A stretch of DNA of 63,402 bases, counting the filler, from Reticulomyxa filosa (taxonomy: Eukaryota > Protista > Foraminifera), in assembly GCA_000512085.1 (NCBI GenBank). It is 19 parts of 19 records of this genome, joined end to end, with 100 filler letters (N's around TTAATTAATTAA, not from the genome) between each part and the next. Parts side by side here need not be neighbours in the genome. Positions count along the whole stretch, not along the records: positions 12,399 to 13,966 come from ASPP01007758.1; positions 14,067 to 15,167 come from ASPP01011543.1; positions 15,268 to 22,327 come from ASPP01023587.1; positions 22,428 to 31,154 come from ASPP01008128.1; 15 more parts are not named here. One strand, given 5' to 3'. Position 1 is the stretch's first letter. Each line of letters begins with the position of its first letter. Positions 12,421 to 24,093 of the stretch are shown piece after piece. Position numbers and translations under genes: made by a program. Under the pieces are notes generated by a model. It worked only from the letters and a program-made list of their open reading frames with translations. It searched no databases and had not been told where the DNA came from.

Positions 12421-13247
12421 TATATATTATATAAATCTAACCTCCATGTGTCGGTAGAAGGATATGCGATATCACCTGCATGCAGTAAAAAATCAAACGG
12501 CTTTTTGGTTTGCTGTACGTAGTTGACCATTTCGTCGGTGACGGCCCACCCCATGAACTGCACGCTGCCCATGTCTCCGAAGACGGCGATGTCCAAGAGA
12601 CCATCGGGGTCGATGGTGTGGAACGAGTGCACGTTGCTGAAGGTGGTGACGTCGGTGACGTTGGCACCGACGGCGTAGTAGTACGTGGTGCCCGGCTTTA
12701 GTCCGCTCAATACCGCGTAGTGGATACGTCCGTGCCATCCGCCAAATATGCCCACGTCGTACGTACTGTTCGTCCCGTACGATATGCGCTGCTCTCCGCT
12801 TTTCCACAGATCCGCGTCTGTCGAATACACCACTACGCTGCCATATGTGTCGTAATTGGTTATCCATGTCGCCAACAACTCTCCGTTCTTGGCGTCTTCT
12901 GTGTAACTTAACCGAATTTGCTGAGGGTACACCGAATAGATCGTCGTCCCGTATCTCACGTCGTCTTCGAAAAAGGACACAAAGTCTTCCCTTGACAATT
13001 CTGTCTTCCCTTCGAATATTGACAGCGACTTGCTTTCCATCATCTTCAATAACTCATTGTATCGACCTTGCTCTGCTTCCTTGTCTGGTACGTTCTCGTT
13101 GATCTCCAACAGCTCGGACGGAGTTAGCACTGAGTCTCCATTTAGATCCAGACTACTGAATAGCTCATGCAACAAACCCGAACTGGTGCAACGCCCAAGG
13201 CCACACAATACTGTCAACAACAACGAGCGGGTTAATCCCAGTTTCAT
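12421..13247 (-). CDS. Secreted purple acid phosphatase with N-terminal EF-hand region, 5' exon
   Basis: Signal peptide, EF loop DLNGDSVLTPSE, PAP N-terminal domain (PQQIRLSY, IHYAVLSGLKPGTTYYYAVG), metal motifs FGDMG and HAGDIAY, then a GT donor and a (TA)n intron. Confidence 0.88.
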
Positions 13248-13618
13248 TTTTTTGTCAAACTTAAGTTAACACACAAAAGCCGTAAAGGAACTCCTACAAA
13301 GTTCAAGAATATAATAATGTGCATGGAATTTTTCATTGTTGTTATAATTATTATTATTTTTTTAAACTCTTCAATCAAATTGCAATTCCTTTCTTGAAAT
13401 AAATTTGTATTTACATGTTTTAAAAAAAAAATGGAAAGGTTGAATGCCTTCGTTGTGGGAGGAGGGGGGGGCGTTTCTAGATAGAAATTGGGAAATCGAG
13501 GATTATCCTCCGTTGTTATTATTTGTCTTCCATAAGTAGATTGGGGTCGATAATCACTTAATTTTGTTTTGAAGTTCGAGTTGCTAAACAATTATCAAGC
13601 CTTTGTACGAAAGATACT

Positions 13619-13870
13619 ATGAGTAGTTTGTGTCGAACACTGAGATTGAGTAGTGGAAGGAGAATGAGTGTGTGGCATGGACTCCTCAATTGCTCTGTTT
13701 CTCAAGTTGCACAACGTGCAGCTATTGGATATAACTCAAAGAGAACAGTGACATCAACCAAAAAAAATAAAAATCCTTATTTTCCGCCCGAGAAAGTCTT
13801 GCGGACATCGTGGAAATCAAATATCCTTGCGCTCAGTTTGGCTTTAGGAAGCGGTTATGTGTATTGGTAC
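13619..13870 (+). CDS. 5' exon of a probable mitochondrial membrane protein
   Basis: R/S-rich transit-like N-terminus and one TM segment, followed by a T-rich intron-like tract. Confidence 0.5.
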
Positions 13871-13928
13871 ACTTGTCATCACGTTATGTTCAATCATTTC
13901 ACTCATTTTTATTTCATTATTATTATTT

Positions 13929-13966
<38 letters not shown>

Positions 13967-14066
13967 NNNNNNNNNNNNNNNNNNNNNNNNNNNNNNNNNN
14001 NNNNNNNNNNTTAATTAATTAANNNNNNNNNNNNNNNNNNNNNNNNNNNNNNNNNNNNNNNNNNNN

Positions 14067-15167
14067 CAGAAGTGGACCCCGAAAACTGGACAGAGGGGCT
14101 GGTTATGACAAACCAGAAGAAAGCCGATCCCAATGACCAAGAAACGACGCACGTTCAGTTCGGAATTTAAAGCCCAAGTGGGCCTAGAAGCGCTGAAGGG
14201 AGTGGAGACGATCCACACCATCGCGCAAAAGTACCAGGTACATCCTGTGCAAGTGAGCCAATGGAAGAAGGAGGTGCAGGAGCGCCTGCCCGAAGTCTTC
14301 AGCGACAAGCCAGACCGGTCGGTAGCCGACCAGATCAACCGAGAGCGCCAACTGTTCGAAGAGATAGGCCGACTGAAGATGGAGCTTGAGTGGCTCAAAA
14401 AAAGTCGGCCCGCTTGGGGAATGAGGAGCGCCGCCGCATGATCGAAGAGAATCATCCTCAAATCCCGGTGGCCCGTCAGTGCGAGTTACTAGGCATTGCG
14501 CGCTCGACGTACTATCACGAACTTGAGCCTGAGACCGAACTCAACCAAAGGCTCATGCACGAGATCGACGAAACCTACCTTGCGTATCCGTATTTTGGAT
14601 CCCGGCAAATGACTGCATGGCTCAGGCTGCAAGGCCACAAGGTGAACCGGAAGCGAATCCAGCGCCTGATGCGTCTGATGGGCCTAGAAGGCATCGCACC
14701 AAGTAAGAAGACCTCAATGCCGCACCCTGAGCACCGAGTCTTCCCGTACCTGCTAAAAGGACTGGAGATCGTGAGGCCCAACCAAGTCTGGGCGGCCGAT
14801 ATCACGTACGTCCCGGTTAGAGGTGGTCACGCTTACCTCTGCGCAGTGATCGACTGGTACAGCCGAAAGGTGCTCGCTTGGGAACTGTCGAACACGCTGG
14901 ACGCTTCGTTTTGCGTTCGCTGCCTGAAGCGAGCGATCGCCGAGTACGGTGGTCCAGAGATCTTCAATACCGACCAGGGCTGTCAGTTTACCTCGGCCGA
15001 CTTCGTGCAACTGCTGCTCCAAAACCAGATCAAGGTGTCGATGGACGGCAAAGGCCGTTGGGTTGACAATGTCATGGTCGAAAGACTGTGGCGCAGCTTG
15101 AAGCATGAGGAAGTGTACTTGAAACGCTACGAGTCCCTGGTCGACGCCCACGCTCAGATCGAGCGCT
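14067..15167 (+). mobile_element. IS3-family insertion sequence (bacterial), 3' truncated
   Basis: IR-like left end GAAGTGGACCCCGAAAACTGGACA. orfA (14133-14441) is an HTH protein. orfB lies in the -1 frame and is a DDE integrase (WAADITY, NTDQGCQF, DNVMVERLWRSLKHE). A7G run at 14397-14404 in the overlap. Confidence 0.95.
14133..15167 (+). CDS. IS3 transposase OrfAB (-1 frameshift), partial
   Basis: OrfA ends LEWLKK and joins OrfB KSARLG via a -1 shift at the A-run. Confidence 0.9.
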
Positions 15168-16398
15168 NNNNNNNNNNNNNNNNNNNNNNNNNNNNNNNNN
15201 NNNNNNNNNNNTTAATTAATTAANNNNNNNNNNNNNNNNNNNNNNNNNNNNNNNNNNNNNNNNNNNNATATCGTTTTAGGCGTTCAGTTTTCTTTGCAAC
15301 CTACTTTATCATGATAAGCTGAAACATTATAACAACAAAAAAAACAAATAGTAAAAAAAGCAGTCAAAACCTTTCAAAAATTTTTTAAAAAATAAAACAC
15401 TACAAAAATATCTAAAAACAAAAATTTACAAAAATTAATAAATCGCAACATTAATGTTGTAGAAAATGATAAAAATGTTGTAATTGACACAAATTGTAGG
15501 AAAAAAATGAAATACATTGTGAAACACTTGAAGATTCGTATATTTATTAAAAGATTTTGAAAAAATGTTGGTTTTTGACTTAGAAAATCGATTACCTTCA
15601 TAAGACGTAACAGTACTTTTATCACTACACGTATTGTACTTATTGCACTCTTTACGCAAACCATAAACTACATTAGCAATCTTTGATTCAAAAAATTGAT
15701 CTGTTCTTAATAGCAATTTCATTGATTTGTAATTGTTAATGAATGTAAATTCTTATACATATCTTCAAATAGTTTCGCAATAGTTAATCTTAAATCTCTT
15801 GATAGCTTGATTTGTCTTTTTGAATCTATTACTGAACTACATTGTTGAGAAAATGAAAAACATAAATATGATTTAATTACCAAAATTGATATTTTCATTT
15901 TCTTAAAAACAGTTTCTCGAGGAAAAGTTAAATTGTTTTACAAGATTTTTGTTGTCATTGACTAACATAACCATTTATTGAAAAATAGTATTTGCATTAA
16001 TTTTCTTGATTTTACAACTGACGATTAAAACAGGTAATACTGGAAACCATGGTCGTTAAATGGTGTCTAGTCGGCTGCAAGCTGACAGAATATTTAATTT
16101 TTCTTCTACAAAAAAGCTTTATATTTGTTTGTTTTTGACTAGTTTTATACTTATTTCATTTGATTTTGTACAGAAGACAATGTAGCTCACTAACTATTTT
16201 TTTCTGTTACTACTCAAATAAGATTTCTTGTACGCAATTTTATTAAAAGTAATAAAATTTCGTTTCGTGTTATTTGTAAGGATCAAAAAAACAAAAAGAT
16301 ATATACTTTTTGGTCTATTGCACCAACACCAAAAAAAGAGAATATTATTTGGATCAAGTACTTGTATTTTTCTTTTTTTCTATTCCACCAGTTGTACT

Positions 16399-17651
16399 TT
16401 ACCATTCGTATGACTCAGGTGCGCCCTTTTCTTCAGGGTGTAATTTACCAGCCAATTTTCCAACAATCCTTTTTTGTTTTATTTATGCAAAAAATAAAGT
16501 TTAGTTGCAAAGGGCTCAATATAAAAAGAAAAGAAAAAATTAATCGAAAACACAAGGAACCTTACCAGTGCCCACTCGCGAGAAGCCACAGTTGGTCATT
16601 AATGTAATCTTTCTGGCCTTGCTGCAGTGATTTGAGATCTTTTACGCTGTCATCGCTCCAAGCCCAACGTTTGGCAAAAAACAAGGTCATATCATTACCA
16701 ACAAACATAGCTATCCAAATTTTAGGAAGTGATTTTGGGAGTTCAAACACAATTCCCTTTGCAACCATGTATCTGGCCTGTGCTTCTGGGGACTTGGATT
16801 TTTCCACTTCACTCATTGTGAAGAGACGAACAGGATCTGTTGGCCATTTCACCGCTGATATGTCAAAGGGGTGAAATCCAATCGCGGAATGTGATTTCAA
16901 ATATTCAATATAGCCCTTCTCCAAGCCAATCTCTGTCGCTCCTCTAATCAACGTTTCCAAATAATTCAATCCTTTTTTTTTTTAATGAATACGTATACAT
17001 GTTTGTTGTGTTAAATTATTCCCCCCTCCAAAAAAAAAAAGCAAACTTAAAGGGAAGAAGAAAAATCATGATTCTCCACCCCCCCCCCCCTTCTCATTTT
17101 AAATAGTGATCCCATGTGTAGGCTTATTTTATTTTTTTTTGTGAGGTAACCTGGTTTCCTATCTCTTCGAAAAACAGGTACCAATGCCACATCCTTTCCT
17201 TCCTCTTTTTCTTTTTTCAGTCTCTCTCCTTTCTCTTGAGTAAATATATATGTAAAACAGGTATACTTTTCCAAAATCTTTTTTGTGCTGTTTTCATAGT
17301 CGTCTTTGTACGTGTGCACTTCCATTGGCACTGAGTCGTAACTCGCTTCCATCCCGTCCAGTTTCGCTTTGTCGATTTTGTTTAAAGCAAATATTGATCC
17401 GTGCACCTCTGACTTGTACTTGTTCTCTTCGGAGCTACTTTCCGCTTTACAAATGTTGCCCATCCCTCCCATTTGCTCGCTTTCAGAGCCAACCGAAAAT
17501 GTCAGCTGAAAACCATGTAATATTCCTCGTGCAACGTGCTTTGCTGACGTTATGTTCCTTAACTTTAATGACTGGGAGTTCATGTTAGCTCCAAAGCCGA
17601 ACAAATAGTATAAATCATCAGTATCACTTTTTTTTTCTCCAGAGTAGACAT
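16399..17651 (-). CDS. Gamma-glutamylcyclotransferase fused to MAPR-type cytochrome b5-like domain (3 exons)
   Basis: GGCT motifs YLFGFGANM, VHGSIFAL, LDGMEASY and YLETLIRGATEIGL. C-terminal motifs RLFTMSEV, YMVAKGIVFEL, FVGNDMT and IVGKL. Introns at 17150-16972 and 16565-16469. The ATG at 17651 needs one more A in an A9 run to be in frame. Confidence 0.8.
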
Positions 17652-17979
17652 GAGTTTCACTAGGTTTACTAATAGCCAACAATAATTGAAGAATTTTTTA
17701 TACCAAGTTTGACGTACTGCCCCAGACCGTATTTGGCTTGTTACTAGTCAGTTGAAATTGGTGATGTTCAAAGGTTAAACCAAGTTTAAAATAAGCTAGG
17801 TTTCAAAATTTGACGAGATATCCCCTGAAAACAGTGAAAAGACGGAGTAAATTGGTATGTCTGCAATATTAAAGGGGTAGTTTTTTAACTGTACGGTCAC
17901 AAAAACGAAACCGAAGAGCAGCAGAAAAACACAAAATTTTTTTGGATAGTTTATTTGTAATAGTATTGGTCAGTTTTCC

Positions 17980-19446
17980 ATGGGCTGTTGTTTAACGAAT
18001 ATTACTCAAGAAGAAGTTGGGCACGAATGTATAGAAGAGAACTTGAAAGCTTTAGATAAAGGAGAATGCCGCTATAAATTGTTATTGTTGGGTGCAGGAG
18101 AATGTGGCAAATCAACGTTACTATCACATATGAAGCAAATTCACGGCACACCATTTACAGAAGATGAATTGCTTCAATACAAACCACACATTTTGAAAGT
18201 TTTTTTAAATTATAATTACAATTATCTACTTACAACCCCATTCTTTTTCCAAATGTTTTCTTTCCTTGCAGCACCCTTCGAAATGTCCTCCCCTTTTTTT
18301 TTAAAAAAAAAAAGAAAAAAAAAAGAAAAAAAAGAAAAAAAAGAAAAAAAAAAACAAAACAAAACAAAACAAAAAAAGAATGTGATAGAAGCAATGCGAA
18401 CATTGGCAATAAATAGCGAAGTGCTCGCAAACAAAGGAGAAGATACGCGAGTGTCACCAAAAAATGAGGAACTGCGAAAAAAGCTTTCGACGATGAATGA
18501 CGAGAGTACATTCGGATTGAAGGAATATGAGCAGTTTGAGCAGCTATGGAAAGAAGAGGGGATCCAAAAAACGCTCGAATTTCGACATCGATATCAGTTA
18601 ATAGACACAGCAGAATATTTGTTTGAAAACATGAAGCGGTTTGCGCAAAGCGATTATGTGCCAACATTTTGGGATATGTTGCATTCTCGAAAACGCAGCA
18701 CTGGTGTACACAATGAGCAATTTATCCTTCAGTCTTCCAAAGCCAATCGGGGTTCTAAATCTTTTTCCGAAATACTTGAACTCTATGACGTCGGCGGGCA
18801 ACGCAATGAACGAAGTAAATGGATCAATTTTTTCGATCATTGTCACGCGATTGCCTTTGTTGCAGCTTTGTCAGAATACAACCAGACTCTATATGAAGAC
18901 AACTCACAAAACCGAATGCAGGAATCTTTAGCTTTGTTTCAAAACATGATTAATTTAGACGATTTCAAAAATTCACACACTATTTTATTTCTTAATAAAT
19001 CAGGTAATTTTTTTTTTTTTTTTTTTTTCCCTTCCTTCTCTTCTCCTCCCTCCCCCTTTTTTTTCATCTTCAATCCTCAATCCTTCTTATTGTCTTTTTT
19101 TTGTCGTGATACATACATTGCACGCACTACAAACTTTTTTGCATTCTTAATAAAAGGGGTTGCTTTTTTTTTTCCCCCTCGCTGTTTCTTGCTAGATTTA
19201 TTTCGACAAAAAATCAAGAAATTTCGAATTGCTGATTACTTCAGCGATTTCAAAGGAAAAGAAATGGACTTTGATGATGGAGTTGAATTCATCAAACAAA
19301 AGTTTAACTCCCTGCGCCGAGATCAAGACAAATTGCTTTACGTTCATATCACCTGCGCAACTGACCCTACCAATATCACCACTCTCTTTCACTCCATGAG
19401 AAGTATTGTTGTTAGTGACAACTTATCACATTCTGGTTTTATGTAA
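17980..19446 (+). CDS. Heterotrimeric G protein alpha subunit (3 exons)
   Basis: MGCC acylation start, GAGECGKST, RKRSTG, DVGGQRNER, NKSD (after splicing) and TCATD. GT-AG introns at 18199-18378 and 19004-19195. Confidence 0.96.
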   Translation: MGCCLTNITQEEVGHECIEENLKALDKGECRYKLLLLGAGECGKSTLLSHMKQIHGTPFTEDELLQYKPHILKVFLNYNYNYLLTTPFFFQMFSFLAAPFEMSSPFFLKKKRKKKEKKEKKEKKKQNKTKQKKNVIEAMRTLAINSEVLANKGEDTRVSPKNEELRKKLSTMNDESTFGLKEYEQFEQLWKEEGIQKTLEFRHRYQLIDTAEYLFENMKRFAQSDYVPTFWDMLHSRKRSTGVHNEQFILQSSKANRGSKSFSEILELYDVGGQRNERSKWINFFDHCHAIAFVAALSEYNQTLYEDNSQNRMQESLALFQNMINLDDFKNSHTILFLNKSGNFFFFFFFPSFSSPPSPFFFIFNPQSFLLSFFCRDTYIARTTNFFAFLIKGVAFFFPPRCFLLDLFRQKIKKFRIADYFSDFKGKEMDFDDGVEFIKQKFNSLRRDQDKLLYVHITCATDPTNITTLFHSMRSIVVSDNLSHSGFM

Positions 19447-20100
19447 TTTTTTTTGCTGTTGTTGTGGTTGTTCATTTTCTTATTCTTTACTTTATTTTAT
19501 TTTATTATTTTTTCCATTATTGGCAATTTTTTTTTTCTCAAGTTCCGGTTGCCCATTTTTGTGCATTCCAGACTCGATGTTTTCAAGGGATGTTGGCAAT
19601 CGAACTGTTTTTTCTTTTTCGTTTGTCTTAACTTTTTTTTTGTGAGAATGCTTTTTTGTTTTGCATTGCATCGGTGCTCCGTTTGCATCTCTTTAAAAAA
19701 GCATTTTTGCTTTAATGTTCAGATGTTTGCCAAGATTTGTAGGTGTGATAAATTTTAAAATGCGACTGATTCACCATGAGATTTGATCATGAATTCATTA
19801 ACTCGATTTGATAAAAAAAGAAAATGTAGTACGGATAGTCAATTCGTAAGCTCCCTTGATGAAAAAAAATTCAATGCGTAACCTTTAAATATTTTTTTTT
19901 TCTCAACCATTGTGGAATGTCTGCTAAATCTTCTGGTGTAGAAGAAAATTTTTCGGATGTTGTGGATGTAGATTTCCAAAAATTTAAGAATACAGTTTAA
20001 GAGTAAGATGAGGATGAAAGGAATTTCGAGCTCTGCTTTGCACAAAAGACCTTGAAAAAAGAGGCAGAGGACACAATGCGACTGTGTGTTTGGAATCTAG

Positions 20101-22327
20101 ATTACAAAGAAGCTGAACAAATGTCAAGAGAACTTGCAAAAAACAAAGGAGCAAATGTCATTCCTTGAGAACCATCGCGAGACAGAAAAGATAATAATTC
20201 ACAAGCAGTTTGAGATAATTGAGAGAGAAATTTCGGAGATGATCGCAGAGCGCAAGCAGAAGATACTCGCTTCATTGGACGAGGAAGTGGATCTGAAGCT
20301 CAAGGAATTGACCGAGCGAACCAAGGTGTACCAAGACCAAACAACAGAAGGGATCAATTTGCAACCTTTGTTGGCAAAGTTGGAAGAATTTGAAAAGCGA
20401 GCATCTTTCAATTCGCCCACTTCCTCATTAGTTTTGAGAAAAAGGGGGGGAGGGAGAAAAAAAAAGGGGGAGTTTTTTTTTTTTTTTCACATTCATCAAA
20501 ATGCATATATATATTTTATTTTACATAAAACTTTATTAAAAAAGAAAAAAAGGAAAAAAGTGATGCAATTCTCAATAATTCAACGTGACAATCCAATCAA
20601 TAGTAATAATAAATTGTCCGTTGAAAAGGGGTTACAACCTGGTGGACAAACTCAATCCAAGTTTATATATATGTATATATGTATGTATAAGTATATATTT
20701 TGTATCTCCCTCAAAAAAAAAAAAAAAAAAAAAAAAGCAAAACATTGGCGGTAGCAGAACCAATGGCGACATCATCACTGCCCAAAAAAAAAATGGAAGA
20801 GGAAATTCGCAAGTTTTTGGTGGCGAAAACGCCGGCGGCATTAAGCCCGGTGGTTGCGTTTGACTGCAACCGGGCGGTGTTTTTGAAGGCGATGAAACGA
20901 CGCGTGCATAAATTTGGGTGGATCATGACGTCGAGCGGGAGCTATCGGGAAGACATAAAAATGCAAATGAAGGATCGGTTGGGATGGATCGGTCAACAGA
21001 CCACGTCGCTGACGAACAAGTTTTGGCATCGCAGGGAGGAGACGACGGAATTGAAGGAAATCCCCCCTCCAGTGTTGCTCATGTATTTTGGGATTGAACG
21101 TACACTGGCGGAAGAGTTTGTGGAGATATTCACGGTGACGGCGTCGCATATGCCTGCCGGGTGCGTTATCCCGGTGATCGATCTTCAGGATGAACACAGT
21201 CTTAAGCAGTGGCTATGTTACAGTGCCGATATTAGTGCCAACCATCAATTCAAATCGATCAAAAAAAAACATGGCGGCTTCCGCATTCCCGGCATCAATC
21301 GCTCGCAGGAAAAATTTGAAAGCCAAGAGGAAATCCAAATCATCCCCAAAGGCGCTCAAGACAGCGACGAAAATGACAATGAAGATGACCATGACAATGA
21401 CCATGACAATAACAATGACAACCATGATCAGGACAATCATGAGGACCATCCCCACCCTCCTCCTGCTGATCGCCACAGCAGAAACAAAGTTCTTGAAGGT
21501 CTTTTGCTCAACAAAACTCGAAGGGCGGAAATCCAGAGCAAAATGCAACGGCTTTTCAAAGTCAAACCAAGCATTGACGAAATTGAGGAAGGAGATGATG
21601 AATATGAATGTTATAATAATACTTCCGCTGTCACTGCCACGACTAACAATATTAATAATAATAGTAATAATAATGATACAAATAATGCCAACGGGGTTGC
21701 CTCTGAATCACAACAGACCGATGGAATAAATACTGCAGATGACAAAAAAGTACTGAATTTCAACCTCTTTTACGGGTTTGCTTATTGCTCTACAATGGAG
21801 ATGAATTCAAAAGTGATGATATTAACGAAAAAATCCATTTGTGCAATAGCAAATGTTGAGCCAAAATTCACTTTTTTTTTTTTTGGTGCATTGTTTTTTT
21901 TTTTTTAAAGGAGGGATTTTTTTTGTTTGAACACAGACCACTTAACCTCAATATTGGCAGTTGAAATGCGCCACGTCAAAAATCAACATGACGCAAAACC
22001 TACTCCAGAACGCTTTCTAGCACGTGTTTTCATGATGAAAAGGGCATTACTTTTGGCCAAGACAACATATTTAATTCCATTGGAGAGGCTATGTTTTCTC
22101 CGGAAGCTGCTTGAGACGAAAACGACGATTTTTTTGTTTATTTTGGTTTGGTTGTTTGCGATGCGTGATTTTTGTTTTGTTTTTATTTTCATTTTTTTCT
22201 CATGAGATATGTTTTCGTCAATTTTATTCCCAGTCTCTTATTCATTCGAACAAAACACAGAGCTAGTCACACATCGTCCGTGTTAGTAAAAAAGTGCGCA
22301 GAAAAAAGATAAATAAAAGAAAGACGT
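20101..22327 (+). CDS. Multi-exon hypothetical protein: coiled coil, D/N-rich linker, C-terminal hydrophobic segment, partial
   Basis: ORFs 20134-20420, 20560-20660, 20750-21870 and 21945-22170 separated by homopolymer-rich introns. The 5' end is unresolved. Confidence 0.5.
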
Positions 22328-22427
22328 NNNNNNNNNNNNNNNNNNNNNNNNNNNNNNNNNNNNNNNNNNNNTTAATTAATTAANNNNNNNNNNNNNNNNN
22401 NNNNNNNNNNNNNNNNNNNNNNNNNNN

Positions 22428-22530
22428 CCAACACGAATTCCTACACAACCGACATTTGATCCAACGAAGCAACCAACACGAATTCCTACACAACCGACAT
22501 TTGATCCAACGAACAGCCAACACGACTTCC
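22428..22530 (+). repeat. 45-bp coding tandem repeat (~2.3 copies)
   Basis: Unit ccaacacgaattcctacacaaccgacatttgatccaacgaagcaa. The second copy is 44 bp. Confidence 0.9.
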
Positions 22531-23695
22531 TCCTCGAAAATTGATTATGAAAGAAGCTGAATCATCTACCGAAATGTATGAGATCGATGTGACAATACCC
22601 GAAAATGGTCCGGCTTTTGGCCAATACAGTTTGCTTGTGAGTATTAGTGGAGAATTTGTAGGCACTACGACCACAGTTATGACTTTTTACACGGTCCTTG
22701 GCGCTCCAGAATTAAACAGCCCAGTCTTAGTGTACAGTTATGACTCGTGTAGTATAAGTTTGTTGAAAAGAAGCGATTGTTTAATTCATGTTTGTGGCCT
22801 GTGTTTGTAGACAGCAGCGCTCTTTCAGTTAAATTAGATTCAGTCATAGTTCCAACGGAACAAGTACCATTGACTGTGAGTGTTGGAGCGCAGGATATTC
22901 CACTGGTTTTGGGTTTGAAGCAAAATGACGCAGTGTTACCAGTTGGTTGTAATCCCCCTTACCGTGCTTCTGATTACAACACCTTTGGTTGGTTTTATCC
23001 CAGTGGAACTTTTGAAATTGGCGAATATAATATCAGTCTGTATTGGTATCCCCCGAATGCTACCATAGCTGATTTGCCGAAATATGAATTGGCTGGCGCT
23101 TCCTCGACGGTGGACATTGTTGAGCCTTCAGACTTAAACATGTCTGATGTTGATCCGTTTATTGTTCACAGCAGCAATACAGTTAGCAATAATTTTTTTT
23201 TCCGGCAAAACAATTACAAAGAAAACAAATAAACAAAATATGCAGCTTGTCCTGACATCGGGATCTATTACTCTTATAAACCTGACAACTTCATTTAATA
23301 CAAGCACAAAACTAACATATCAAATTTATCAAAAAGATGGTGATACTACCAACGATATTTCCACGGAACAAACTTTTACGTATGATTCAACTAAACCGTT
23401 CAATGAGATCTCGATTAACGTGCCCAGCGAGCTGAGCGATGATAGTTCTCTCCAAACGTATATCCGTTTCACAGCCTATGGTTGTTCTGATAACACGATT
23501 GTTACTGACGTCCAATTCACTGCTAACTCGAACGGAAGCAGCAGTAGCAGCAGCGATTCTATTGGTACTGGAGCTATTGTTGGCATTGTTTGTGCCTGTG
23601 TGTTAATCGTTGGTATTGGTACATGGTGGGTCTGTATGAAACGCCGTCATGCTAATGCTGAAAGTGCTTACTCTGCAATTGAAGAAGAAAAATAA
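22428..23695 (+). CDS. Type I surface protein with Pro/Thr repeats, 3' part
   Basis: PTRIPTQPTFDPTKQ repeats, beta-rich ectodomain, Ser linker, TM helix GAIVGIVCACVLIVGIGTWWV, KRR stop-transfer and a short tail with YSAI. Two introns. Confidence 0.75.
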
Positions 23696-24093
23696 AGGAT
23701 CTCTAGCAAGGATTTTTTTATTTCGTTTGTTTCTTGCTATGGTTTTTATATTTGTAATTTGCGTTGTATTACAATGGTGAGGTTTTTGCAGAGACTTTTT
23801 TGAATTTATTAAGTAATATTTGCAAGTGTGCGTGTGAAAATTGTTACTTCAAACATTTTATTCATTGATAATCATATACGAAGGGCACTAGCTTTAAACA
23901 GAAAGAAATCAGACTCGACTCGATTTTTCAGAAAAGTTGTCGTATGTTGCACATTCCTTGTCAACGCAAATTATTTATGAACAAATGCTGATGTCACGAA
24001 TTGAGAGACCAGAAAAAAAATACTTAATTTTCTCCTTACTTCGCAACATCTTGAAAACAATAAAAAAAGCATATATTCCCGGTAAACAGTAGG

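Noticed and set aside
10985-15167. tRNA plus IS3 plus phosphatase as a genomic island or HGT cluster
   Set aside because: They are three separate contigs split by spacers, with no physical linkage.
15268-16100. Short minus-strand ORFs
   Set aside because: They have no recognisable motif and AT-rich composition, so I cannot support a gene call.
19917-20100. Two in-frame TAA codons suggesting a ciliate-like genetic code
   Set aside because: TAA terminates conserved genes here (G-alpha, GGCT, GlnA4-like), so an unresolved intron or UTR is more likely.
22428-22530. 45-bp direct repeats as a CRISPR array
   Set aside because: There are no spacers, and the repeats encode a Pro/Thr tract.
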